Of a DNA stretch of 20,000 bases, positions 8,212 to 18,508 are shown one piece after another. The position numbers were made by a program, and so were the translations under genes. Below the pieces are notes generated by a model. The model made no database searches and was not told the DNA's origin. It saw nothing but the letters and a program-made list of their open reading frames with translations. Origin of the DNA: Savitreella phatthalungensis (Eukaryota); contig AP039708.1 in assembly GCA_051599415.1 (NCBI GenBank), forward strand, positions 241,420 to 261,419, read 5' to 3'. The first letter of the stretch is position 1. The number at the start of each line of letters is the position of its first letter.

Positions 8212-9447
8212 ATGGTGCTCCGAATAGCGGCTCAAGAGCTCGAACAGTTGAAGGAGTGTGTACGTAACAGACGTCCATGTGTCCTGACGAATCTGCCAGA
8301 GGATTTTGACGGACTACGGAGTCTTTTGTCTCTGGGAGATCTCTCGGCTAGGGCAGGCAATGTGGAAGTTGACGTTGAACCAATTTCCTCCAAGGGAACA
8401 TTCGGCACCTCGGAAACGAAGCGACGGATGACCATCTCGTCGCTGGTGCAGGCACTAGAGCGTGGAGAGAGACTCTATCTGACGACACAGTACGAAGATG
8501 CAGAAGATGATCAGGTCCTGCACGAACCACTCCGATCCATGTGGGACGATCTCCAGGTCCCCGTGAGTCCGCGCATAGTCAACGACCTTGTGACTGCAAA
8601 GATAAATCTCTGGCTGGGAGCATCGCGAGAGGGCACTTCATCGGGCCTGCACCACGACTTTCATGACAACCTCTATGTGCTACTATCTGGGGCCAAGACA
8701 TTCAGGGTGATCCCCCCATCGAAAGAGATATGCGAGCGTGTTGGCGTGACTCCACTGGAGATCTACGACAACGGGCTGATATCGTACAGCGAGGATTTGC
8801 AGCCGGACGGCATGACGACTTCTGCCCGGCTCGACGTGCAGATTGCGATTCTAGAATCAAAAACACGGACTCAGGCGGTTGAGGACGATCTCGAGACCCT
8901 GTATGAGCGACGATTAGAGTTGTCACTCGCAGATGTGGGTCACAATGACTCCTCGATACAGGACAGTGATGAGCATGATGAAGATGAAGTGGAGGACGAT
9001 GAGGACGATCAGGACGAGGATGTAAACGACAACTTTGGGAAACTGAAAGAGGGGGGCGATGATGACCAGAGAGAGCTCGCAAATGGCGTAAAAGGTTTGA
9101 GGGAGGAGAGAGAAGAGGAGACGGATGAGGAATCCCCACCTTCATTCTCCCATCTGACCTCGTCACAAGTGAAACAGTTGGTGGCGGAAGTCGGAGAAGA
9201 GATAGACTTGAAGGCTGGCGAATGCCTGTACCTGCCAGCTTCATACTTTCACGAGGTCATCAGTCAGAGTTCCACAGATGCCTTTCACATGGCCGTTAAC
9301 TGGTGGTTCTATCCTCCAGACAACGATGAAGGAGGCTACTCTCATTCAAGCATCATGGATTATCTGCGGCAGACTTTCCAGGATCGGTATTCAACCACAC
9401 GGGCAAACATGCACAATGCACAAAACAAGCGCGTCAAGAAATCATAG
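8212..9447 (+). CDS. JmjC/cupin-like 2-oxoglutarate Fe(II) dioxygenase
   Basis: RPCVL, LYLTTQY, INLWLG, SGLHHDFHDNLYVLLSGAKTF (HxD), LKAGECLYLPASYFHEV (distal His) and MAVNWWFYPP. It has an acidic insert and a C-terminal KRVKKS NLS-like motif. First ATG at 8212. Confidence 0.88.
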   Translation: MVLRIAAQELEQLKECVRNRRPCVLTNLPEDFDGLRSLLSLGDLSARAGNVEVDVEPISSKGTFGTSETKRRMTISSLVQALERGERLYLTTQYEDAEDDQVLHEPLRSMWDDLQVPVSPRIVNDLVTAKINLWLGASREGTSSGLHHDFHDNLYVLLSGAKTFRVIPPSKEICERVGVTPLEIYDNGLISYSEDLQPDGMTTSARLDVQIAILESKTRTQAVEDDLETLYERRLELSLADVGHNDSSIQDSDEHDEDEVEDDEDDQDEDVNDNFGKLKEGGDDDQRELANGVKGLREEREEETDEESPPSFSHLTSSQVKQLVAEVGEEIDLKAGECLYLPASYFHEVISQSSTDAFHMAVNWWFYPPDNDEGGYSHSSIMDYLRQTFQDRYSTTRANMHNAQNKRVKKS

Positions 9448-9547
9448 ACAATAGCAAGAGGAAATAAGAGCTATCTACAGTACTAGAGTGAAGGGCAAAG
9501 CTAGAGTGGATTCAGCTCGATAGAGATAGCAGAGAGTGCTGTGCGCG

Positions 9548-10594
9548 ATGGCGCGTACCTCAAAGGCTCCTAGGCCATTCACGACGCTCATGTCGACCAT
9601 TGTTGGCCTCGCCTTTCTCTGGTTCTTTATCAGGTCCTCAAGTTCAGGGTCGAGTAGGGCAGGTCCACTCCTCAAGCTCAACACCGGTGTACCCGTCTCC
9701 AACACCATCAAGCGATACAATCTGAACGCTGTGTCTTCCACTTCGCATGCGCTCGAGAACAAAGAGCGCGTCTTGATCCTGACGCCGGTCGTCAAATTCT
9801 ACGACGAGTACTGGAAGAATTTGTTGAAGCTCACGTATCCGCGTGAGCTGCTCGACATCGGCTTCATCGTTCCCAAGGGTAGCAGAGGCAACGCTGTACT
9901 CATGTCTCTCGAGAAGGCGGTCCAGAAGGTTCAGACGTCGCGCAATAAGTTCGCCAGCGTCACCATCCTCAAGCAGGATTTCGACACCTCCACTGGGCAG
10001 ACGGAACGGGAACGCCATGCAAAAGACGTACAGAAGCAGCGACGGAGCGAGCTCGCCATGGCACGCAATCAGCTGCTAATCTCCCTGCTGGGTCCCGCAA
10101 CGTCCTGGGTCCTCCACTTGGACGCTGACATTACCGAGACACCTATCTCGTTGATTGAGGATCTGACGGCGCAGAACAAGGATGTCCTGGTGCCTAACTG
10201 CTACCAACGCTACACAACAGATGAAGGCAGTGCAGCCGTCCGGCCGTACGACTACAACTCATGGCGGGACTCGCCCACGGCGCTCGACATGGCCAAGACG
10301 ATGGGCAAGGACGAGGTTCTTTTGGAGGGATATGCAGATATGGCGACCTATAGGACACTTATGGCATACATGCGCACGGACGACAACTTCACCGGCACAC
10401 GTCTCGAGGAGCTTGATGGCGTTGGCGGTACTGCGCTTCTCGTCCGTGCAGACGTCCACAGGGATGGCGGCTTCTTCCCCTCGTTCGCTTACGAGCATCT
10501 GATCGAGACAGAGGGATTTGCCCGGATGAGCCAGCGCCTGGGCTACAAGTGCTGGGGTATGCCGGACTACCTCGTCTTCCACCATAACGAGTAG
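9548..10594 (+). CDS. MNN9: Golgi mannan polymerase subunit Mnn9 (Anp1/GT62 family)
   Basis: Type II membrane anchor, ERVLILTP, YWKNLLKLTYPRELL, ERERHAKDVQKQRR, SWVLHLDADI (DxD), RPYDYNSW, EGYADMATYRTLMA, DGVGG, VHRDG and HLIETEGFA. Confidence 0.93.
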   Translation: MARTSKAPRPFTTLMSTIVGLAFLWFFIRSSSSGSSRAGPLLKLNTGVPVSNTIKRYNLNAVSSTSHALENKERVLILTPVVKFYDEYWKNLLKLTYPRELLDIGFIVPKGSRGNAVLMSLEKAVQKVQTSRNKFASVTILKQDFDTSTGQTERERHAKDVQKQRRSELAMARNQLLISLLGPATSWVLHLDADITETPISLIEDLTAQNKDVLVPNCYQRYTTDEGSAAVRPYDYNSWRDSPTALDMAKTMGKDEVLLEGYADMATYRTLMAYMRTDDNFTGTRLEELDGVGGTALLVRADVHRDGGFFPSFAYEHLIETEGFARMSQRLGYKCWGMPDYLVFHHNE

Positions 10595-10685
10595 TGCTAA
10601 GAAAATTAGTCATGCGTTCATACAGATAAATTATAGATAACACAGTAAAGAGAGGGCAGGAGAAGAGACGAGACATTTCATCTCC

Positions 10686-11987
10686 ATGTCAGCCATTGCC
10701 GCGAGCGCAAGGGCGGCTTCATATGAGCTTGCGTCTCTGCCTTGTGAGCGGAGGGTGGCTACATTGAAAGCCCTGCATGCCTTACTCGTGGCCTCAAAGG
10801 CGGAGGTGCTAGCGGCGAACAAACGCGATGTGGAGGCGGCTGCAGCAGCAGGGCTAAGCTCGTCGCTTCAGTCACGGCTGGATCTGACGCGACCTGGCAA
10901 GTACGACGACATGTGCGTAGGTGTGCTGGACGTCGCTAATCTGCCAGACCTGGTCGGCAAGTGCACGGAAAAGCGTGAACTGGACGATGGGCTCGTCCTC
11001 CGGCGAGTGCTCTGCCCCATCGGCGTGCTCCTTGTCATCTTCGAGGCACGGCCAGAAGTCATTGTGAACATCACAGCGCTCGCCCTCAAGAGTGGTAACG
11101 CGGCCATTCTGAAGGGCGGCAAGGAGAGCACAGAATCCTTCCGCGCCCTCGCCCAGGTCGTCAAGCGCGCGCTCGAGCAGGAGAACCTCCCGTCGGGCGC
11201 AATCGAGCTCGTGGAGACGCGTGCAGATGTAGCGGATCTGCTCGCGCAAGAGGACGACATCGACCTCGTCATCCCTCGTGGATCCAACGCGCTCGTACGA
11301 TCGATCAAGGACATGACAAAGATCAACGTCATGGGTCACGCAGATGGTATCTGCCACGCTTTTGTAGACAAGGCAGCCTCTCTGGAGACGGCGATCAAGG
11401 TCGTTGTGGACTCGAAGGTCAATTATCCGGCAGCGTGCAATGCAGTCGAGACTCTGCTCATCCACCAGGACAGACTGGATTTTTTACAGCCAATTGTCGA
11501 GGCACTACGGGCGGCTGGCGTGACCTGCAAGCTGCATCGGGACCTCGCGAGGGACGAGCTGGACGTCGAGGTTGCCACGGACGCAGATTTTGGATTCGAG
11601 CATCTGTCGCTGACCATCTCGATTGCCTCTATCAGCTCACTCGACGAGGCAGCCGCATTCATCAATCGCAACGGATCACATCACACAGACGTCATCGTGA
11701 CGGAGGACAAGGATGCAGCACGGAAATTCCAGCGCAGCGTCGACTCGGCCTCTGTCTTTGTCAATTGCTCTACACGATTCGCCGATGGCTTCAGATTCGG
11801 ACTGGGAACAGAGGTCGGCATTGCCACCGGCAAGCTGCATGCGCGTGGTCCCGTTGGACTAGAGGGTCTGGCGACTTACAAGTGGTTACTGGAGGGTCAC
11901 GGCCAGGCGTGTGGGGAGTACGGATCAGGGGGTAGGTCATTTACGCACCGCACGCTCGAGGTCGAGACGGCGGATAGGCTACAGTAG
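10686..11987 (+). CDS. PRO2: Gamma-glutamyl phosphate reductase (glutamate-5-semialdehyde dehydrogenase)
   Basis: PIGVLLVIFEARP, LKSGNAAILKGGKE, IDLVIPRGS, YPAACNAVETLL, GSHHTDVIVT, STRFADGFRFGLGTEVGIATGKLHARGPVGLEGL. Confidence 0.97.
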   Translation: MSAIAASARAASYELASLPCERRVATLKALHALLVASKAEVLAANKRDVEAAAAAGLSSSLQSRLDLTRPGKYDDMCVGVLDVANLPDLVGKCTEKRELDDGLVLRRVLCPIGVLLVIFEARPEVIVNITALALKSGNAAILKGGKESTESFRALAQVVKRALEQENLPSGAIELVETRADVADLLAQEDDIDLVIPRGSNALVRSIKDMTKINVMGHADGICHAFVDKAASLETAIKVVVDSKVNYPAACNAVETLLIHQDRLDFLQPIVEALRAAGVTCKLHRDLARDELDVEVATDADFGFEHLSLTISIASISSLDEAAAFINRNGSHHTDVIVTEDKDAARKFQRSVDSASVFVNCSTRFADGFRFGLGTEVGIATGKLHARGPVGLEGLATYKWLLEGHGQACGEYGSGGRSFTHRTLEVETADRLQ

Positions 11988-12014
11988 TTCTGATCGCTGA
12001 TACTATGGCTATAA

Positions 12015-12833
12015 CTACTGATTCATGTTGAGGAGCAAGTTGGCACCGCTGTTGGGCACAAAAGAGACGTTGCGAGAGCCTGTGAGTGCGGTAGCAATCT
12101 CCTTGGACGCCTCAATCCGACGAATTTCGAGCAAGCCGTTGCCTGCACGGTCGAGTGCCTTCGAGAGCAAATCTGCAGCCTCTGCTTCGCCCTCTGCGCG
12201 GATGACAGACGCCTGACGTTCCTGCTCTGCACGCTCGACAGTGAAACGAGCACGCTCTGCATCCTGCTGCGCAATCTGCTTCTGCTCAACGGCCTTTGTA
12301 AACTCCTTGCCGAAGGTCATATGTGTGATGGAGACGTCCTCGAGCTCGATGTTGAACTCGGACGCGCGCTTGACGAGATCCTCCCGGATCCGAGCAGAGA
12401 CAACCTCACGCTGAGTGATGAGCTCTGCGGCGTCAAATTGTGCTACAATACTCTTCAGCACCTCATTACCGATCGACGGAAGTACACGCTCGTCGTAGTC
12501 AGGTCCCAAGTTCTGGTAGATCTTTGGTAGGTTGCGCACGTCTGGCCTGTGGAGCACTCTAAGTGTGAGCGAGACCATCTGCAGATCCTTCGAGCCCGTC
12601 GTGGTCGAGATATTGCGAGGCTTAGTACGGACGTCGAAGATGACGGCTCTTTGGAGCCATGGGACTAGAAAGTGTGTTCCTTCAGGCTTTGGCTCTGGCA
12701 GCACTCCGCTAAGTCTGTCGAAAATCACTGCTCGGTTTCCACCACGGACATCGTATAGAGATGCCTGAACTGCGCCTGCGCCGAGTGCGAGTGGGATCGC
12801 TAGCCGCGAAAGGGAGTCGAGCAACCGTGACAT
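12015..12833 (-). CDS. PHB1: Prohibitin 1
   Basis: YDVRGGNRAVIFDRLSGV, EGTHFLVPWLQ, TGSKDLQMVSLTLRVLHRP, YDERVLPSIGNEVLKSIVAQFDAAELITQRE and AVEQKQIAQQDAERARF. ATG at 12833. Confidence 0.97.
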   Translation of the reverse strand: MSRLLDSLSRLAIPLALGAGAVQASLYDVRGGNRAVIFDRLSGVLPEPKPEGTHFLVPWLQRAVIFDVRTKPRNISTTTGSKDLQMVSLTLRVLHRPDVRNLPKIYQNLGPDYDERVLPSIGNEVLKSIVAQFDAAELITQREVVSARIREDLVKRASEFNIELEDVSITHMTFGKEFTKAVEQKQIAQQDAERARFTVERAEQERQASVIRAEGEAEAADLLSKALDRAGNGLLEIRRIEASKEIATALTGSRNVSFVPNSGANLLLNMNQ

Positions 12834-12926
12834 GATGGTGTAGAAGAAAGTGTCGTCAATCATTTTTGTACGCGTAAGCTATGATGAAGAGGATCATATT
12901 GTCAGAAAAATCCAATTTTCGGCTCA

Positions 12927-13021
12927 GCCCTCGTGGCCTAATGGTCATGGCGTTCGGCTTCGATTTTGCGTTGTGCGTGATTGTCACCGAAAGACTGCGA
13001 GTTCGACCCTCGTCGGGGGCT
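12927..13021 (+). tRNA. tRNA-Arg(UCG) with a 22-nt intron (12964-12985)
   Basis: Acceptor stem GCCCTCG/CGGGGGC, D arm GCCTAATGGTCATGGC, anticodon stem TTCGG/CCGAA with loop CT-TCG-A, intron at the canonical 37/38 position, T arm GCGAG-TTCGACC-CTCGT. Confidence 0.93.
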
Positions 13022-13031
13022 CACTCATCCC

Positions 13032-13042
13032 TTTTTTTTTTT
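13032..13042 (+). terminator. RNA polymerase III terminator (T11)
   Basis: Poly-T run 10 nt downstream of the tRNA 3' end. Confidence 0.8.
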
Positions 13043-13472
13043 CCTGCTTTTTGTTGCTGATCCTTTAATAGCTTTCTTTGTTCCCTCGTCAGAACTTTTT
13101 GTGCATTCTTCTAATTCCGCGAGTGAAGATCAAATCTGGTTCCAGAAGCAGGAGCAGCGGCAGTGACTCAGTGGATAATCGGACAAACGAACCAGTGAAT
13201 GCATGATTGGATGAACGAATGAGTGAATGGTTCAATGTATCAGCGGGATCGGGTGCGATTTCCACTCTCACCCCACAACGCATACATCACAATTTGACCT
13301 GGGATTCTGAGATCGGATTAGCAAGCAATTGATGATTGATTGATACATCGATCAATCATTCCGTGCTGCATGACAAATGCAGTATGATGAAATACGCCAT
13401 TCATTCTTACTATACGCCCGGATTTCGTAACCCACGCAAGTATAGATACAGGTGATCGGCCTACTACAATAC

Positions 13473-14207
13473 ATGTCCAGACGACTATTCACGAGAGCCA
13501 TGTCCAACATCACCTTGTACACATGGGGAACCCCAAACGGCCACAAGGCATCCATCACACTTGAGGAGCTCGGACTGAAGTACGAGGTCAAGGGAATCAA
13601 TATCGGCGACTCCAGTCAGCCACAGAAGCAGGAAGACTTTCTCGCCATCAACCCGAACGGCCGTATTCCCGCATTGACCGATGGCAAACTCCGGGTCTTC
13701 GAGTCGGGAGCAATCATCTCCTACCTGACGGACAAGTACGACAAGGACCACAAGATCTCCTTCGAGCACGGCTCTGACGATTACTACGAGGCACTCAGCT
13801 GGCTCAACTGGCAGATGGCCGGTCTCGGACCGATGCAGGGTCAGGCCAATCACTTCCGTCTGATGGCAGGTGCTCGATCCGACTATGGCATCAAGCGTTA
13901 CATCGACGAGACAAAGCGTCTCTTGGGTGTACTCGAGCTCCAGCTCTCGAAGACTGACTACCTGGTCGCCAACAAGTACTCATTCGCCGACATCGCCTCG
14001 TTCGCATGGGTCCGCGGAGCCTACATCCTGCAGATCGATATCTCGGAGTTCCCGGGCGTCAAGGCATGGGTCGATCGAATCGAGGCTCGTGAGGCCGTCC
14101 AGCGTGGAGTCGCTGTCCCGTCCAAGCGCGATCCCAAGGAGATTGCGGCCATGTTTGACAGGATGCGCGCCAAGATTGACGGCATGACGAATGAGGACAA
14201 GCATTGA
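13473..14207 (+). CDS. Glutathione S-transferase, Ure2p/Nu-class (YfcG-like)
   Basis: LYTWGTPNGHK, INPNGRIPAL, FESGAIISYL, WQMAGLGPMQGQANHF, RYIDETKRL and KYSFADIASFAW. In-frame ATGs at 13473 and 13500. Confidence 0.93.
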   Translation: MSRRLFTRAMSNITLYTWGTPNGHKASITLEELGLKYEVKGINIGDSSQPQKQEDFLAINPNGRIPALTDGKLRVFESGAIISYLTDKYDKDHKISFEHGSDDYYEALSWLNWQMAGLGPMQGQANHFRLMAGARSDYGIKRYIDETKRLLGVLELQLSKTDYLVANKYSFADIASFAWVRGAYILQIDISEFPGVKAWVDRIEAREAVQRGVAVPSKRDPKEIAAMFDRMRAKIDGMTNEDKH

Positions 14208-14401
14208 GGGTCAAGTCAGTGAATCCTGCGACAAGCAACGTGGTCAAGTCGGCGATCGCCGCAGCGCGGGTCCAGCAAGGCAAGACCAGACGAATAAAGT
14301 AAATCTCAAAAGGTAAAGTGGTCATCAGACAGAATTTATAAGTCAAGTACACCCCCAAATTCGATCGTAGCTTAAGGTCATTATCATTGAGAAAGGCATT
14401 T

Positions 14402-16270
14402 CTAGAAAGTGAGCATGCCCGTGCGCTTGCGTCCATTGCACACGGGAACGTAGATGATGATGGCCGATGCAGACAGTCCGACCGTGATGCCGATCGCGAT
14501 CTGAATCATCGCATAACCGAACGAGAGGGAATTGCCTGCGTACAGCTGCAGGTTCTGGGAGGAGTAGGTCTGATTGCCAGTACCGTTGGCGACTGAGGCT
14601 GCGAGCTCGAGGCCGGAGATCAGTGAGGAGCCTGACGCAATGCCACTAGGCACCTGGACCCAGATGGCAGGCAGCACAGCCACGAAGGCCAGTCTATGGA
14701 AGATGCGCGACCACAGATTTCCCAAGCATCCGATCACGAATGCACCGAGCGCATTCGACACCTGAGCGGCTCCGAAGCGCAGGGAGCTGAAGTAATTGAC
14801 GGCATATCCGGCGCCGGCAATCAAGAGAGCTGCGGCCCACTGACGTGGATGAGCCTGGTTGACGATGAGGAGGGCGAGAGCGAAGAGCGGGACCCACAGG
14901 ATGCGTAGGAGTGGGTTTATATTGCTCGAGCAGGTCGTCGTCGTCGTCGCAGAGCTGTCGAGCAGACCGTAGAGGAGGGAACCGATGGTGACGGCGAAGG
15001 AGAGGAAGAGCGAGTAGACGAGCGCATACGCCAGCCGCACAGAACCAGCCACAATCGACCTGTTCTGTAGCTCGAGCGCGCCGCAGAGCACCATGTATCC
15101 GGGCAGAATGAGTGCGATCGGAGACTGGGCGAGCGCGCCGAAGCAGAACACTTCGCCTCCACCCGATCGGATACTGCCAAAACCGCGGCTGACAAAAGAG
15201 ACGATAACGGTCGCGAGGATCTCGAACACGTTCGCATACAGGGGCGAGCGGGTCGAGACGAGCTGAAGGACGCCGACAATCAGGCCGAGCAGGAACTGGA
15301 CGGGCAGATCGATCCAGCTCGATCCGAAGGCGAAGGGGCCGACCGCCACAGCTGCTACGCCGTACGTGAAGGCGACGACGCCCGTGCGATACAGCTGCGG
15401 TGCTTCAAGCTGCGCATCGATCTCCCGGATACCTTCCTGGATGTCGATACAGGCGTGCAACACGCTCTTGTACGTGTGGTGGATCGCCTCGAGCTTCGCG
15501 ATGTCACATCCTTGGGAAACGCGCACGATCTTGACATCACTCGTGTGCGTCGCCTTGTCGTCGAATGCAACAATCATGCAGCCCGGCAGGTACAGAAACT
15601 GGGCGTCGACGTCGAGCGCCTTACTGGTCGTGCTCAAATACTCCTCGAGTCGGTGTGTCGGCGCACCGTACAGCATGAGCGCCCGGCACAGCTTGAGAAT
15701 GAAGCGCTGGCGTGAGATGACCTCGGCAATGTTCAGCGCGATGCGGATCTCTCGGTCGCGTCCCTTCTCCTCCGTCGGCGTGTTGTAACCGCTCGTGAAG
15801 AAGCTCGTGGTGCTATTGTTGCGGTTGTGCCATTTCGGCGTACTCGGGTGCGACCGGCTTCCGGCCTGGTAGATCGTCGAGTTGTAGAGCTGCATCAGCT
15901 GCGACAGCACACCGGCCTTGTCATCCGAAAATGACCCACGCGCTGAGCCGGCGGAGTTCTTGCGCTCTGGCAAGATTGTGTGTGCACGTACGAGACGGTA
16001 CGCCTCCGCTGCCGTGTCACCTGGAGATGGCTGACTCGGGAGCGAGACCTGAGCTGGAGGCAGCTCAATCGATGGAATGTCCACAGTCCTCCTATCGGCC
16101 AGCCTCGTCACCTCGCCAGAACCTGAACCCTTCAGGAGTGATTTTGACGGTCTACGAACCTCCCCGCCGCCAAGCTCAACTTCGCTTACAGCTGTCTGGC
16201 GCGGCGATAACGACATGTCCCACTGAACGTTCTTGCGACGGTCGTCGGGAGACTGCACTGGCGATGACAT
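14402..16270 (-). CDS. PRM10: Pheromone-regulated membrane protein 10 (ThrE/DUF1212 family)
   Basis: Disordered N-terminus with GVLSQLMQLY, then RQRFILKLCRALMLYGAPTHRLEEYL, FLYLPGCMIVAF, ILPGYMVLCGALELQ, VQVPSGIA and MIQIAIGITVGL; many hydrophobic helices. Confidence 0.9.
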   Translation of the reverse strand: MSSPVQSPDDRRKNVQWDMSLSPRQTAVSEVELGGGEVRRPSKSLLKGSGSGEVTRLADRRTVDIPSIELPPAQVSLPSQPSPGDTAAEAYRLVRAHTILPERKNSAGSARGSFSDDKAGVLSQLMQLYNSTIYQAGSRSHPSTPKWHNRNNSTTSFFTSGYNTPTEEKGRDREIRIALNIAEVISRQRFILKLCRALMLYGAPTHRLEEYLSTTSKALDVDAQFLYLPGCMIVAFDDKATHTSDVKIVRVSQGCDIAKLEAIHHTYKSVLHACIDIQEGIREIDAQLEAPQLYRTGVVAFTYGVAAVAVGPFAFGSSWIDLPVQFLLGLIVGVLQLVSTRSPLYANVFEILATVIVSFVSRGFGSIRSGGGEVFCFGALAQSPIALILPGYMVLCGALELQNRSIVAGSVRLAYALVYSLFLSFAVTIGSLLYGLLDSSATTTTTCSSNINPLLRILWVPLFALALLIVNQAHPRQWAAALLIAGAGYAVNYFSSLRFGAAQVSNALGAFVIGCLGNLWSRIFHRLAFVAVLPAIWVQVPSGIASGSSLISGLELAASVANGTGNQTYSSQNLQLYAGNSLSFGYAMIQIAIGITVGLSASAIIIYVPVCNGRKRTGMLTF

Positions 16271-18508
16271 TCGAGACGTCTTGACAGCGACGTCGCACTA
16301 CTCCTTTATCAAGGTCTTTCAAGACGTGGTCCAAGGTCTTATCTGCGATCGCACCAACCACTTTTCTGAACGCGTTGTTTTTTTCATTCCTGCATCCTGA
16401 GATTGATCGTCCTTTGATCACTTTAGGAAATTTCATCTGCAATCCGCGGATGATCGACCGATTACTCACGGAAATACAAACTTCCGTGCCTCTGACAGCG
16501 CAAGTTCCGAGATCTGCAGCCACCTCACTCTTCACGGTACGCACTCCCATTGGCAGATCCTCTTAGTAGATATGATTTTTGGCAGCGTTGGAGTGACCAA
16601 TCGCAATCCCTCTGCCAATCTTTATCCAGGCAAGGCAAGGCAAGCTGTGCACCCGGCAATCTTGCGACTGCCATTTATGAGTGGCCGTCGATCGGTCGCG
16701 CGGAGATTACACGCGTCTCTGCGACACGGTAGACAAGTCTCTCCTCTTATATTCTGTCGGTACGCCCACGTACGAGCACGCCATTCTTCCCCAACCACGA
16801 ATGCCCAGTCGCATAAGGACGATCGACCAAAGGGAGGGGCTCCTCGATGAGCCGACGACAAACGCGGGTACACGCGGGAACTCTCACGAGAGACCCTCGC
16901 CAGCGGGCGACCGCCGCCAGCTTATCTCAGCACGAGCATTTGCCCATCAGCACATATCATCTCCTCAAGCGATTATACATGTGTTTGTCCCCTCGCAATC
17001 TCACCAAGCTATCCTAGGATTGATGGCTGTAGATCGACTAGCCCTTACTCCAAATCTGGATGACTCCTTCCTCGATAGCCCATCTCTGTGGCTCACCTCG
17101 ATCAGACACACTTAAATGCCACAACGTGCTCGCCATACACCTCCACATGTCGATAGACGATCATCGCATTCTTTCATCCCCTAGCTGACCGAGATCGGAA
17201 AGCGGATCAATTGAGCATGGTTTGCGGTGGCCGGGCTGGATTTGGTCGCCGTCCGATCGGTCGGCAATCTATGTCGCGTTCACAGTCCTCCGTTCCCAGA
17301 TCATCACCACTGAGTCAAGAAGCGATAGGGCATGATTTGGACAAATGGCATGGGTTCGGATCCCTAGGAATCCACTTGTGAGGTGTCTCGCCTTCTATAG
17401 CCACGCTGCATTGCTCGAGGCTCGTCATACATGAATTGGCACGGATCAGATTCGAGCATAGCTCTGCATCATCCAGCCAACCATTTTCTGACACACGCTC
17501 ACGCTGCAGTGCCGGCCAAGCACGCCGGGGATCGGAAGTCGATTAAGCTTGTGGGGAGTGCTCTTGCAATCGAACGTCGCCGAGGGCGGTGTAAAGACGC
17601 TGCGGCAGCCGCACAGAGCAACCATGCTTAGAGGCAATCGTGTGACATATCCGCAGGCAGTGAGGCGACGGGCAAACCATGATCGAGCCAGCGCGCGATG
17701 AGGCCAGATCAAATCTGCGTGTGCGCATACTAGACGAGATTTGCTAACAGAACAAAGCATCTGGAGTCACATCCACAAGGGAAGTGCTGAAGAGGAAGTG
17801 GAACTATCTTGACGTCAAAGTCGCCAGTACGACAATTATTTTGTGCAGCTGTCGGCGTGCTGCGTACACGCGCGCGGGTTCAGAGTGGCTCTATGCAGAC
17901 ATGCGCAGGACCTGATTCATCAAGAGGCACTCCGATGTCGACCATCTGCGACTGGCCGAAGGAGCTTGTGGGACGCGCGCATGATTACTCGGATTCTGCT
18001 GGACAACGGGCCGCTGATCGATATTGGCGGATCTGGTGCTAGTCAAGCACGACGGCAAGAAGCACGCAAGCATCGCGCTGACGCAGGCGACAGACCGCAT
18101 CTTCTACAACAGCAGGGACCATCATATCCGTCCGCGGCCCTGTGCTTTGAGGACGCAAACCAAATTCACCATATCGCGCGCAACGCCGTGCAGGACGAGT
18201 AAGGCGTTTTTGAGCGTGCTTTCAGATAGAACTCTCGAGCCAGGCCGATCCGCGGCATCAGATGACCTTCGAACGCATGCTTGACGTCCCGCGTAGGGAC
18301 TTATCAACATTCGAGATGCGTCGAGCCGGTCAAGCAAGTCCAGTACCAGGTAGGACTAGCTATCACTAGATACCACCAGGCAGTAGTATTACCAGATCGT
18401 TGTCAAGAACCTGTCTTTTGTAGGGTTGTAGGACGATGCTGACACGATCGCACTATCCTGTGGCGCAGCAATGTGGCTGTTATAGTACAAATTTGGCCTC
18501 GCGGTCAG

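Noticed and set aside
1534..14207. A stress-protection gene cluster (photolyase, EXO5, PRO2, GST, JmjC)
   Set aside because: These are interspersed with unrelated housekeeping genes (MNN9, PHB1, tRNA); there is no sequence evidence of a shared pathway beyond the PHR1-EXO5 adjacency.
16300..18430. Telomerase RNA gene in the gene-free zone
   Set aside because: I found no ~1.5-repeat template (e.g. TAACCCTAA) on either strand; there is only a 7-nt TAGGGTT at 18421.
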